DNA of 64,000 bases from Vicugna vicugna (GCA_013265495.1 MU058636.1:1674001-1738000); one strand, 5' to 3'; shown: positions 40,233-51,977, numbered from the stretch's first letter. The notes: generated by a model from the sequence alone, not told the origin. A program made the numbers and translations.

Positions 40233-40380
40233 AGATGGTGACGATGGTGGTGGTGGTAGCGGTGGTGGCGGTGATGAAGGTGTTGGTGGTGGGGATGGTG
40301 GTGACAATTAGACAGTAAAGGAGAAGAAAGAGAGGGAAAAAAGGAAGAATGAAGCAGGGAAAAGAGAAGTAAGAAGGCAA
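40233..40380. repeat. (GGT/GAT)n plus purine-rich low-complexity tract
   Basis: Seen directly. Confidence 0.8.
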
Positions 40381-41104
40381 ATAATCTTCATTATTTTTCT
40401 CCTTTTCCATTCAAATATCACATTTTCTCCAAAAAGTAAGCTTTTTTTGAGTTGCTATCTACTCCAGGTATTCAAAAGAGAAGCAACATACTCATTACTG
40501 GAACCCCAGCTTCACCAATTAGAGCTCTTGTTTTGATTTAATTTTTTTAATTTACATTTTCCTCCAATTTCTCTGTGAGTTTCCCAGCTCATGAGAGCAC
40601 AGGGGCTGGTCACATCCTGCCTGGATGAGGGCAAAGCCTGAGCTCAGTGCAGTGTCCTAAGGTCACCAAGCTGTCCTCCCCTCTGCACAGCGGCTCACAG
40701 GGGATAGAGAGTAAGGAAAAGTCCGTGTCTTTGGCCACGGCCTAGGGGTTCTTCCTGAATGGGGGTTCTGGCTAAGTCACTCCCAACAAGCTTTTCTGTT
40801 CAGTGTCTGGGACCCTCTAGCCTCATCTGCCCTCTAATAGTGACCCTGAGCGTCCATCCCAGTCCTATGTAGTAACTTCTGGAATTAACCAACTTGCCTA
40901 AGATCACAACCAGGGTGTCTTCAGAGGCCCCTCTCTTACAACTGTGTCACCCTGCTCAAAGCAGGAACTCAGTGGGTATTTGTTCAATGGATTAGAACCA
41001 GAATGGCAGAAATTGCTGTTTCCCCCAGTACCCAGTCTTCCCTTCATCTTAGTAACAACCACAACTATCACCCAAGATTTTAGCTGAGCCTCTGCCTACT
41101 TGGC

Positions 41105-41345
41105 CAGTTACCTCTCTCTGCCTCAGTTTCTACATTTGTAAAATAGAAATAACAATAGTACCTGTCTCATATGTTTCTCCAGAGTATGAACCACCTGTCA
41201 AGTAGATTACTAACCCCAAACCAACCCAAACTATAATAGCTGACCGATGAAATACATATTGAAAATTTCCAACTTGCAGTTCATTGTATTGATTGTGAGG
41301 ATTAAATATATTAGTACATATACCTGGCACATACCAAGTCTTAAA
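41105..41345 (+). mobile_element. MIR SINE (interrupted)
   Basis: ctctctgcctcagtttctacatttgtaaaatagaaataacaatagtacctgtctcata...gattgtgaggattaaat...cctggcacata. Confidence 0.7.
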
Positions 41346-44300
41346 TTCTGGCCAAGTCATTTAATTAAACTAAACACCATTCTTTAAGTCCTTCTCAACA
41401 AACAATTAAGAAACTCCAGAGAAAGCTCTATCCTTCAGACTCTCCGTCATTAAATAGATGTATAACATACCCTCACAATAAATGAACTACTGATTAGGAA
41501 TATAGAAGTTATATTTTATTAGTCACATATTATAGTTTGGGATAGTTTTTGGTTTGTAACCTACACAGGTTGATTTCTAAGTGCCTTAGAAATTATCCTC
41601 TCCTAAGCCGATTGCCACTTAAAGAAACAGTCATGAGAAGCAGCCTTTCCACCATCGTCTTCCTGAAGCGTTGGTGTGAAACAAATCCGCAGGCCAGCCC
41701 CCCGCTCTGAAGTCAGCCTGATGAAGCTGCTTCCCGCAGAACTCAGTCCTGCGCGCTTTCACACCCATCAGAGAATCAAGAAATCAAGGTAGGGACCCTG
41801 GAAAGTTGGGATGGAGAATCTTGGAATCTGCCCCATTAATGACGTCTTAGGCTGGGGTGGGAACAAGCACGGCAGCGTCTGCATCCTAATTACACCAGAG
41901 CCACACGCGTTACGAACTGCAGCCATTGCCAGAGGGCAGTCACAGGAGTGAGGTTCCTGCAAGGTCATGAGACTGATTCACAAGATCCTAAGACAAGACA
42001 GTAAGTTGGAAAGACCTCTCAGGTTGTTCCCAGTCTGTGCTCTGATCCTTAGTGAGTAACGAAAGCTTAGGGAGGTGTTTCTGCCTGATGTACAGACTCA
42101 ACAAGACAGAAGTGGTATCTTCTTGTTCTCCCAGGATGGAGACAGCGAGGCTGAGTTCTAAGCTTTCACTGATAGGCACTGCCCCACGGTATTAGCCTTC
42201 GCTTTCACAGCAGAGAGGACTTTTCTTAGGGATTCAGTTTATTCACAAATTCTACATTATTAGCTGGAAATAGGACTTCTCTCTGAGGCACAGGGCCCAC
42301 TCAGAGCAGATCCGCTAATAAACAATGCTCTGTGCAGTCTGTTTAATTCTCTTCCTTTTCACAAGGGCCTTCTGTACTGGAGATGTACTCCAAAATGACA
42401 TAGTGGTCTGTGTAGTGACAGTTCCTCAAGTAGTGATGACAGATGCAATGTTCTTTGTGGGAATTAGGAACCGGGATTCTTGAGCATGAAGAACACTAGC
42501 CAAATGGTGAGGACGTTATCCTTTGGGATCGCACGTGACTGCTAGACAGCATGGCCCCAGAAGCCATTGGTGGTCCATCAGGGTGGAAACACCCAGCTCC
42601 CTCCTGGGTATAAGGGCATCACTGAGAAAATCCCAGAGCAGCTCCTGCCAGAATCAAGGCCTCTCGGCAGCCCTCCTTCTCTGGGAGCCCCTCCCCTCCT
42701 CCAACTCCCTCCTCTCTTCCCAAACAGAATGAGCACACAGCCAGCATCAATCGACTCAGAAAAATTGCTAGTCAAGCACTTTGCTGAACAAGACAGGAGC
42801 TTGGCTGTGTTAGTTGCGGGTGGGGCTTGGGGTAATTGTCTTAGAATCCCCAGGACTTTTTAAACCAGTCTGCCCTGCTCTGTATGACACAGCCCAGAAC
42901 TTCAGCTCTAAACAAGTCCTCTGCTCTTTCCTTTCCAGTGGCTTCTCTTTGCTTTCTTGGGTGTTTCTGAGCCAAAAGCTTTAGGAGAATGGCAGGCTGG
43001 GGAAGGGGATGCATCCTGGGTGAAAATGGGCAAAGAGGAGTGTGTGTGTGTGTGGAGAGAACTGAGCAGCCAGAGGAGGTCCCCACCATCCACCCGATAG
43101 TATATTGCTTTCTGCTGCCACCTGGCTGATCACTGAGCTGCGGGCTCCTGCTGGCAGAGAAAGGAAGACAGACAGGACGGGAAGTGTTTACACTTGAAGA
43201 TCTCAAAGCCAAGTTTCCTCATGGGAATCTCGCTTTAGGCCACAGACAATCAAGTCCAGCCTCCTGACTCAAGAGCCACTGTCGTCCATATGTGGGGAAT
43301 GGGGACCAATTCTAAAGGCTGTGCTTAAAGGGTCCGTCCATCCATGGAAAACTCCTTTAGGTGAGACTGGTTCTGTTTAAACCCTCCATGTTTTCGTCTT
43401 CTTTAAACCTACAAATGCTTCCTATGAAAGTCCTCGGTAAGCTGCTCCATGCTCACCTTCCAGGTCCCTGAGTAGGAGAAGCCCCTCACCCCTGGAGAAA
43501 CCCTCTTTGCCTCCGTTGATGTCAAGGTGAACGAGGAAAGGTAAAGGCTCGAGGTGAATTAACCTGGACAATCCACGCCAAAAGGGGACCTTTCTGACGT
43601 CCCTGCATCCTTCTCAGGAAAGAAAACACTGCTCACACCTGCTGAGGCACACTCTGTCTTGGCCAGTGTGCTTGGGGCTTTACAAAGCATGAGGGACACA
43701 CAGTGGTCCTGGAGCGAGACGTGGAAGGAAGTGGCAGGTCTATGGCAGGCTGAACGCGTGGATGAGAAAACTCTCTGGAGGGGAAGCACGTGCTGGGTGC
43801 CAGGGTAGGTGCCTGCTAACAGCCTGGCCTGTGGGCACTTGTAAGGCAGCCCAGGAAGGATTTCCAGAAAATCACATGGGAGAGGGAGGCATTTTACAAA
43901 TCAGGCCAGAGGTTCTGCAAGGTTCACACAGAAGCTCTGGGTTATTGGTATGAGCTGCCTTCACCTGCACCCACTGACCAGAAAACGTGGTAGCATCCAG
44001 GATACACATAGGTCATCTTTAAACCTTATGAAGGAGGTGAGGTATCAACGTAATTTTACTATAAGAAGGCTAAAACGCCAAGAACTTCTGAAATCTTGTG
44101 GTGTTCAGCTGTGATGCACTGAATAGGCGCAAGGAAAAGGACAGCTCCTTTACTGCCATTGCCATTAACATTAAACATTTATTAAATACACATAATGTGC
44201 CAAGTGCTGTAAGAAAGGTTGGTGATACCAGTGTAAATATGTCTTTATCCCTGCCCTTCAGGCCTTGTAAATCTAGTTGGGAAAAAACAAGAGGACATCC

Positions 44301-44619
44301 CAGCTGATTCCTTCATTTGGCTTGATTCTTACTACCTGGCTGGATCAGACTTAGGGACCATATTAGTTGTGGTTAGACACAGCCACGAGTGATAGAAAAT
44401 TCAAATAATAGTTAAAAAGATAAATATTTACCCACAACATTAAATAGGTAAGGCAGCTCCTTGATCTTTAGGGACCTTGGTTCTTTCCATCTTTCTGTTC
44501 CATTATTCCCAGCATAAAGCTTCTACCTTGAAGATTATTTATAAGGTGGGTGCTGAAAATTCTTCCCTGACTTGCAAGGAGCTCTCTCTCCACTTGTCTA
44601 TTTAAATACTGGTGTTCCC

Positions 44620-45475
44620 ATGAACAGATGTTCAAAATCACTAGTTAGTACAGAAATGCAAATCAAAACCACAATGAGGTATCACCTCACACCAGTCAGA
44701 ATGGCCATCATTAAAAAGTCTACAAATAATAAATGCTGGAGAGGGTATGGAGAAAAGGGAACCCTCCTATACTGTTGATGGGAATGTAAATTGGCACAGC
44801 CACTATGGAGAATAGTACAGAGGTTCCTTAAAAAACTAAAAACAGAGTTGCCATATGATCTAGCAATCCCACTCCTGGGTATATATCTGGAGGAAGCTCT
44901 AATTTGAAAAGATATATGCACCCTCAATGTTCACAGCAGCACTACTTACAATAGCCAAGACATGGAAGCAACCTAAATGTCCATCAACAGATGATTGGAT
45001 AAAGAAGATCTGGTATATTTATACAATGGAATACTACTTAGCCATAAAAAGGAATGAAATAATGTCATTTGCAGAAACATGGATGGACCTAGAAATTATC
45101 ATACTAAGTGAAGTAAGTTAAGACAGAGAAAGAAAAATATCATATGGTATCATTTATATGTGGAAACCAAGAAAATGAACTTATTTACAAAACAGAAATA
45201 GACTCACAGACACAGAAAGCAAACTTATGGTTATCAAAGGGGAAAGAGGCAGAGGGATAAATTAGGAGTTTTGGATTAGCAGATACAGACTACTAAATAT
45301 AAATAGATAAACAACAACAATCTACTGTATAGCACAAGGAACCATATTCAATATCTTGTAATAACCTATAATGGAAAAGAACCTGAAAAAGAATATATAT
45401 ATATATTCTGAATCATTTTGCTGTACACAACATTGTAAATCAACTATACTTAAGTAAATAAATACATACATAAAT
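44620..45475 (+). mobile_element. 5'-truncated L1 (ORF2 C-terminal end plus 3' UTR) with probable TSD
   Basis: [22 protein letters not shown]...CWRG and [37 protein letters not shown] are L1 ORF2 C-terminal motifs, broken by stops. Flanks aaatactggtgttccca (44604) and aaataggagtgttccca (45476). Confidence 0.95.
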
Positions 45476-45839
45476 AAATAGGAGTGTTCCCAGGGATACA
45501 TCTACCATCCTGCTTTATCTGGATTATACTCCCCCCCACAAACTCATCCATCCTAACAGTAAAGCTATCACTCTTGTATACATAAGTCCCCCATCTCTCT
45601 TTCTATCTATAATCTCTCTATTCAATTTCATACTCACCTTTTCACCACGGGACATTAACAGAAGACTCTGAGGTTAAGGAACAAAATGCAACACATCCAA
45701 ATATGACATCAAGTTGCAGCTCCACAAGTAAAAGTAGGCCCTATGTGGCAGTCCCCTGTCTCTGCCTGTGGCATCACCCATTCCCTGAGATCAAGTGGTC
45801 ACTGTGTGTGTGACTCCCTCTGTCATGCCTTGCCTTGCC

Positions 45840-45876
<37 letters not shown>
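45840..45876. repeat. (CA)n microsatellite
   Basis: Seen directly. Confidence 0.95.
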
Positions 45877-45878
<2 letters not shown>

Positions 45879-46747
45879 CACTGTAATTGGTCTTACCCAT
45901 TCTGCCTTCTAATTCTCTCAAATACTTCTCCTTTTTGGTCCTCTTGCCCCCACACCAGCTCAGGTAGTCATTATCCATCACTTGAACTGATACAGTTTGC
46001 TCTTTGTTTGTTTCCCTCCCTCTGTTCATTCAATAGTTTGATAAACATTCATCGGTAAGCCAACTCTGTTGGACCCTTCTCAGGCCTTTCTCGGCCCCCA
46101 TGAATAAGACCTCCTAATGCTGCCAGTTATATGTTTCAAGTTCAGATCTGACTCTTCGGTTAAAACTTTTTTAGTAGGACCGAGTACAGAGCTGTGAGCC
46201 TGGCCCTTCACGCTCGACCTCCACTTCCTGACCACACCCATCTCCAGCACCACCCATCCTGCCCCTCTGTCAGCTGAACAGTCTGCTCTCTCCGGGGGGA
46301 CTGATCTGAATCACTAGTGGCTCAGTCAAGGGAGCAGTCCCCCTCTTAACAATGAGAATTCCCACCCCATCGCCTTCAGCCAGAGAGAAAAGAAATGGTC
46401 ACTGATAATTCCGGAGCATACATCATATCTGTCTCTTTCTAACCAACCTTTCTTCCTTTCCATCATGAAAAGACATGGATGACAACCCTAGCCTTGAGCG
46501 ACCAATGAGTGCATACAACTTCTCCAGGGCAGGACACTAGAATTGCCTTGAATGCCTAAGATCTGCCATTCACGCAACAAACACATTGAGCTCCTGTCCT
46601 GCTCGGGTACTGGGGAGGGTATGATGGCTGGGGGAGGATCAGACAGTCCCTGCAGGGCAGCCACCCCTGCCATGTTCCCAAGTGTCTAAGTGTATTAGGC
46701 AGGCAAAGTTCTCTTACCCATGCTACCTCCCGTGTCCTGTCACTTTC

Positions 46748-46900
46748 AATCATTTTTTATCCTGCAAATGTATGCTGAGCACCTACTATGTGCCAGGAAC
46801 TCTTCTGAGTTGGAATACAGTAATGCACAAGAAAGACAAAAACAAAAAATTCTTCCGTGAAGCATATATTTCAGTGTATGTTGGGGGGAGGTGAAGGGGG
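46748..46900 (-). mobile_element. LINE-2 3' end
   Basis: caaatgtatgctgagcacctactatgtgccaggaactcttctgagttggaatacag. Confidence 0.7.
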
Positions 46901-47249
46901 AGCAGAAAAACAAATGAATAAATGACGCAGAGTTACAAGGTATTTATAAAGTAAGGAAGCATCTGGAGAGTATTGGAGAAAGAGGGGTGATATTTTTAAG
47001 TAACTTGGCCTTTCTGAGAAGGAAAATGACATTTAAAGAAATATGTGAATGAGATAAGGGAACCAGGACCCTCCCCATCCGCAATTCGGGCAGTTTTCTT
47101 GCTGCAAATATTTTAGAGCTGCATTTCCAGGAGAAAAAAAATGGCTGTTCTCTATACCAACAGGGAAGGAGGCAGTCTGAAAGGAGAAGAAAAGGCCGGG
47201 ACAAGAGAAATTATTCCATGTTGAACTGTCCCTGATGGACACTTGAAAA

Positions 47250-47880
47250 CCAGCTCGGGGGCAGCGCAGGGCCCACCAGGCTGAGGCGCTCCCCAGGGCC
47301 CCTCTCCTGGGCTGTCAGGCTAATCCCGCCGCCTCCTCCCACCCCCGCCCCGCCCTGGGGGGCGTTTGCTCGGGTGAAGACGGTTCTAACCCCGCTGAAG
47401 CCGGCCCTGGGAGGCGCCTTGAACGAGAAAGCCGTACACCCGGAGGGGCGGCCCCCTCCTCCCACCTCCCCCGGCTCGGAGGGCGGCGGCCGGAAGACAG
47501 GCGACTGCAGGCGCCTCGGGGCCAAAGCGCGCTGGGCACCCTCCCCGGGCGGCGCCCAAACGCCCCCGGCGCGCGCGCCCCGGCTCCTGCCCCGCCGGAG
47601 GAGCCAGTCTTTTGGGGGTTCACGGAACTTTCTTTCTGAAATTATACAATTCCTGCGGCGCGGCCGGCGGCCGAGGACCGCCGAGCAGGGAGCCCCCTTT
47701 CCGGCCACAACCCGCCGGGTTGAGAGACGGAGGATTAAACGTGCGCTCTTTCCAGGCCTCCCGAAAACACTCTCAGGGATGCTGTTTTGCTTGGGCCTGG
47801 GTCTCTCCCGCGCCGAGTTGCACAACAAACCGTTTAAACATTTCACCACAAAACCCAATCCATTGTGGGCCGCACATTAA
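47250..47880. promoter_or_regulatory. Upstream CpG island with GC boxes
   Basis: Dense CpG (gcgcgcgccc, cggcgcggccggcgg) and CCCGCCCC motifs near 47343-47357, about 2.3 kb upstream of the predicted TSS. Confidence 0.75.
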
Positions 47881-50071
47881 AAAGTGTTACTCGCTTTGAA
47901 GTTTTTGTCTACTGGCTCTAAACTGAAAGAAAATGTTTTCCTATTACTTAATTCAATCATAGCGAAGAGACTTGGTAAAAAGCCCACGGATTTTGCCCCA
48001 AAGTGTGACAGAGTTCTCTTTGTGTTTGCTTATCCTCCGCTGTCACACACTTTAATGCGCCTCTCTTTATCTGGCTTTCAAAACTTTCTTCAATGACATT
48101 CAATAAGGTCCAGAGGCTGGAGAGGAAAAAAAAACTGGTTATTTCCCCCCCTCCCCAGATATTCTTTCCCAGTGCTTTGGCCTTGCTCGCATTCAGGGGC
48201 TCTTAACCCCTTCCTCCCCGGGCACGGGCTGGGACTCCCTGGAGAGGTCTGCACTGACCCTTCGCGGGCTCCCGGCCCCTGGGCACAATGGCGGCCCTCT
48301 CACCCCGCAGGGTCCCGCCCGCACTCTGCCCAGTGGGGAGCCCCTCTCCCAGCCCAGGTCCAGTTCTGGACTCAGTCTCCATGGTCCAGGCCAGCCCAAA
48401 TTTCCCAGAGAGCAATTAGAAGGGGCGTTAAGCTGCACTGGTGCACTCTGACTTGTTTGCAAACACCACTTAGAGTGGGGAGCCTTGGCGAGGAGAGGGA
48501 AGCAATGGACCTCTGCCTCCCACGCGAAACAATCAAGGAAGCCCTGAGCCCTTACTCCTGCTGCTGGAGGACAGGCCCTCGGTCCAGGTTATTTTCCCCA
48601 CTGCCCCTCTCTCATTTATGGAATCCGTCATTTTCTCTACAACACATTCTCTTTGCTTTTAAATCAGCTATAATTTGTTGCTGTCTCTTGTTATTGCAAA
48701 GATATCATCAATAATGAAAAGCCATGTAAATGCTTCGATTTGGGGCTGTCTTATTCCGCTGTACTGATTCCCCCATCCAGAAAGCTTCCCCTCTCCATCT
48801 CTCACAATTCCTTTCAAGGCTCAGAGCAGGTGACTGCAGCAACTTGTTTCCAATAAAATCGAAAGTAAAGGTCTCCCATGAAAAGTCTTAGGCTGTAAAT
48901 TCGAAATATTTATGCTAATTTCCTATTGTATGGAAAACGCTCCTGGGCAAAGCAGCTTTGAGCCCAGAGGATGATTTTAAAAGCTGAAGCTGTGTACACA
49001 ACGCCGGGCGTTTGAAGTTGTTTAACCATTGTGTGACCAGAAAGAAGAGAGTGACGCGGCAGGAGCAGGTCTTGGGGACAGGGGAGCTCGCCCGGGTGGG
49101 CGAAGGCAGCAGAAGCTGGGAGTAAAATTGCCCTTCGAGCTGCTCCTCCAAGGTGAGCTTCAGGAAAGCAGTGGTTTCCCAGCACACCCACAGGTCTGTT
49201 GAGGTGTGCAGGAGCGCAGAGTGACCACGCTCTCCACATCTGGAGCGGTGTGAGATCTCAACGAGACAGGCTTCCCTCCTATTCCCTGTCTCTCTGTCCG
49301 TGATTCTCAGAAACTGTTTTCCTCTTTATATCCACAGCCATGTCGTTTGGAGGAAAGGGCTGGTTAACTAGCATCTCCCGAACAAAGACTGGGCATTATA
49401 GGCAGCATCAAAGTTAAGACTATTTGAGAAACTTAGCAAAAGCAGGGACAGCGATGGGGCTAGTGCTGGATAAGAAATACCGAGCCCTTCTCCTCTCTGC
49501 CCAGCGGCACCACCCCTGCAGGAGCCCTGGTCCTCCTGCTTCTGACACAGGGAGAGGGGAAGCGATTCCACAGGTGGAAGTCAGAGGCCCGCTGTGGGGA
49601 CACCCGCGGGTTGCACAGCGCCGAGTTGAGCAAACTGAGTGGAGGCAGCCAGATCTTGGGGGCCAGGGAGGAATGAGAGAAAGAGAGGGACGCGGTCCGA
49701 GTGCGCAGAGAAGATGGGGGTGTGCGCCCATGGGGATCTGTGGAAGTGAGGCAGCGGGGGTGCAAAATGAATAAGATAAACGGGCCGATCGCCAATGCAA
49801 AGCCAAAGGGGAGTAAGGAATAAAGAGAAAGAAAAGAATATTAAATCGCAGGAGAATGAGAAAATAAACCCGCAAAAGGGAGAGGAGGGGGCGAGGGCGC
49901 CTGTTACGGCGTGGGTGGGGTTGACAAGAATAGAGTACATTATGCAGTTCATTTAGTTAACAAGTGAAATAATGAGGAAGCGTGCAGAGTGAATGCCAAG
50001 AGAAAAGGCACAAAAACCCTATTGAGAGGCCCCGGCCGCTCCTGGCGTAGCCCATCACATGGCAATAGTCC

Positions 50072-50104
50072 TATTTAAGCGGCGCCGCCGGCGCCTTTCA
50101 GCAC
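50072..50104 (+). promoter_or_regulatory. GSX1 core promoter: TATA-like TATTTAA plus Inr-like TCA (predicted TSS ~50100)
   Basis: TATTTAA at 50072-50078 begins 28 nt before the A of TTTCAGC (50100). CCAAT at 49792-49796. No ATG between 50100 and 50310. The TSS position is inferred. Confidence 0.6.
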
Positions 50105-50310
50105 CACTAGTGCTGGCCAGCACCCCGCGCTCTCTGGGCGGCGCCCTCGGCAGCAGCGGCGGCTCCTTCAGCCCCGGCCTCAGCAGTGCCTTCGGCCTCC
50201 CCGGAAGAGGCAGCTGCGCGCGGCCGCGGCCCGGGGAAGCGCGTGGAGAGCCCCGAAATCCGCGGGGCGCCGAGAGCGGGCTGGCGGCGGGACGACCGCG
50301 CACCGGGGCC

Positions 50311-50719
50311 ATGCCGCGCTCCTTCCTTGTGGACTCGCTGGTGCTGCGCGAGGCAGGCGAGAAGAAGGCGCCGGAGGGCAGCCCGCCACCGCTCTTTCCC
50401 TACGCGGTACCGCCGCCGCACGCCCTGCACGGCCTCTCGCCTGGCGCCTGCCACGCTCGCAAGGCCGGGCTGCTGTGCGTGTGCCCGCTCTGCGTCACCG
50501 CCTCGCAGCTGCACGGGCCCCCCGGGCCGCCCGCGCTGCCTCTGCTCAAGGCGTCCTTCCCGCCTTTCGGCTCGCAATACTGCCACGCGCCCCTGGGCCG
50601 CCAACACTCGGCCGTGTCGCCCGGGGTCGCTCACGGCCCCGCCGCCGCTGCCGCCGCCGCGCTCTACCAGACCTCCTATCCGCTGCCCGACCCCAGGCAG
50701 TTCCACTGCATCTCAGTGG
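50311..50719 (+). CDS. GSX1: GS homeobox 1, coding exon 1 ([10 protein letters not shown]...PRQFHCISV + first base of Asp codon)
   Basis: ATG at 50311 in ggggccATGc context. The translation [31 protein letters not shown]...LLCVCPLC...[26 protein letters not shown] matches the GSX1 N-terminus as I know it. Donor G|GTAAGC follows at 50720 (phase 1). Confidence 0.97.
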
Positions 50720-51168
50720 GTAAGCCAGGCCGCCGCGCAGGGGGGACAGGGCAGACTAAAGTTGGCCAGGCAGGGATAAGGGAAGGGGATCCTGGGCGTT
50801 CTGGGGGCGGAGGGTCATGTCGGGCCCTTAAGGGTGACAATCCGGGTGGTGTGCAGCTGAAGGGACGGGACTGGACTCCGGGAGGGAGAGTGAGGCAGAA
50901 GGTCCTGGCGGGGGCTCTCAGGAGGGAGCGAGGGCTGGGGCTCTGGGCGCTCCATAAAGGAGTACGGAGGCCGCGTGACTCCGGGAGTACCTGTATCCCG
51001 AGGCTTGGCGAGCAGGCGCCCGCTGTTACGCTGCTGTGCATTCTGTTTCGGGGCAAAGAGGTGGGTGAGAGACCGAAGTTCCGGGATTCTGACGGCCGCC
51101 TACCGGAGGATCGGGCCCACAACACAAGGGTCTGATCTCTTTCCTCTCTGCACCCCCACCCCCTCTAG
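50720..51168 (+). other. GSX1: GSX1 intron 1 (449 nt, GT-AG, phase 1)
   Basis: GTAAGC donor; pyrimidine-rich 3' end (tctctttcctctctgcacccccaccccctctag); splicing restores a continuous frame. Confidence 0.95.
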
Positions 51169-51548
51169 ATAGCAGCTCGAGCCAGCTGCCCAGCAGCAAG
51201 AGGATGCGCACGGCGTTCACGAGCACGCAGCTGCTAGAGCTGGAGCGAGAGTTCGCCTCAAACATGTACCTGTCCCGCCTGCGCCGCATCGAGATCGCGA
51301 CCTACCTGAATCTGTCCGAGAAGCAGGTGAAGATTTGGTTCCAGAACCGCCGGGTGAAGCACAAGAAGGAGGGCAAAGGCAGCAACCACCGCGGCGGCAG
51401 CGGAAGCGCGGGTGCCGGCGGGGGCGCACCGCAAGGCTGCAAGTGCGCGTCGCTCTCCTCAGCCAAGTGTTCCGAGGATGACGACGAATTGCCCATGTCT
51501 CCGTCCTCTTCCGGGAAGGACGACCGGGATCTCACGGTCACTCCCTAG
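51169..51548 (+). CDS. GSX1: GS homeobox 1, coding exon 2 (homeodomain and C-terminus)
   Basis: Polypyrimidine tract and ctctAG acceptor ending at 51168. Spliced frame reads [67 protein letters not shown]...DDRDLTVTP, stop TAG at 51546-51548. This is a Gsx-class Q50 homeodomain. 409+380 nt = 789 nt = 262 aa + stop. Confidence 0.97.
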
Positions 51549-51977
51549 GCGCACGCCTCCCCAGGTCGCCCACCCCAGGCCCTCCCCAGGCCCTTCCCAA
51601 AGCTCAAAGACTGGTCCTGAGACGCAGCACTGGTTCCCAGGCACCCACTGCCAAACGGCGGCGACGCACGGATTTGGCATGGCTTTGCGGAGGTCCCTGG
51701 CCCTGGGCAGCGCCAAGAGCTTGGCAGACCTGACCCTGGTACCCCTACCCCAGGGCCCACGGCCGTCCAAAGCGGACTCCAAGCTGTGAACACGCCAAAT
51801 GCGAGAGTCATTCTCAACTACGCAGCACAGCGGCCCCGGCCCAGCGCCTTGCTGGCCGCCGGCACCTTCTCGCCCGTGCTCTCTGGACTGGCTCAGGCTT
51901 CCTCCACTCTCCTCCACCCTGGGTCAAGCTCGGCCTTCCACACCCCCTACCCCCACCCCCCTAACTTTTAAAAAACA

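Larger units (their letters stand above)
49580..51900. promoter_or_regulatory. CpG island covering the GSX1 promoter and gene body
   Basis: Visibly very high GC and CpG density compared with the flanks. Boundaries by eye. Confidence 0.85.

Noticed and set aside
10582..40380. Similar GGT-then-purine tracts at 10.6 kb and 40.3 kb as a segmental duplication
   Set aside because: The flanking unique sequences show no visible alignment; these are independent low-complexity tracts.
44572..45121. ORFs with L1 ORF2 motifs as an active retroelement
   Set aside because: 5'-truncated to under 1 kb and interrupted by stops or frameshifts.
47211..47880. 215-aa and 168-aa ORFs in the upstream CpG island
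   Set aside because: Arg/Pro/Gly-rich translations overlapping on both strands with no recognisable domain, as expected in stop-poor GC-rich DNA.
50059..50310. In-frame upstream ATG giving the 358-aa ORF in the track
   Set aside because: The ATG lies upstream of the TATA-like box and the predicted TSS, the known GSX1 N-terminus starts at 50311, and the ORF's 3' part is intron.
50107..50706. 199-aa antisense ORF over exon 1
   Set aside because: A shadow frame of GC-rich coding sequence.
51169..51175. Tandem alternative acceptors (AG at +4 and +7)
   Set aside because: Both shift the frame, and the first AG restores the known protein. There is no evidence of use.
51204..51548. 114-aa homeodomain ORF as a separate gene
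   Set aside because: It is the internal Met of GSX1 exon 2.
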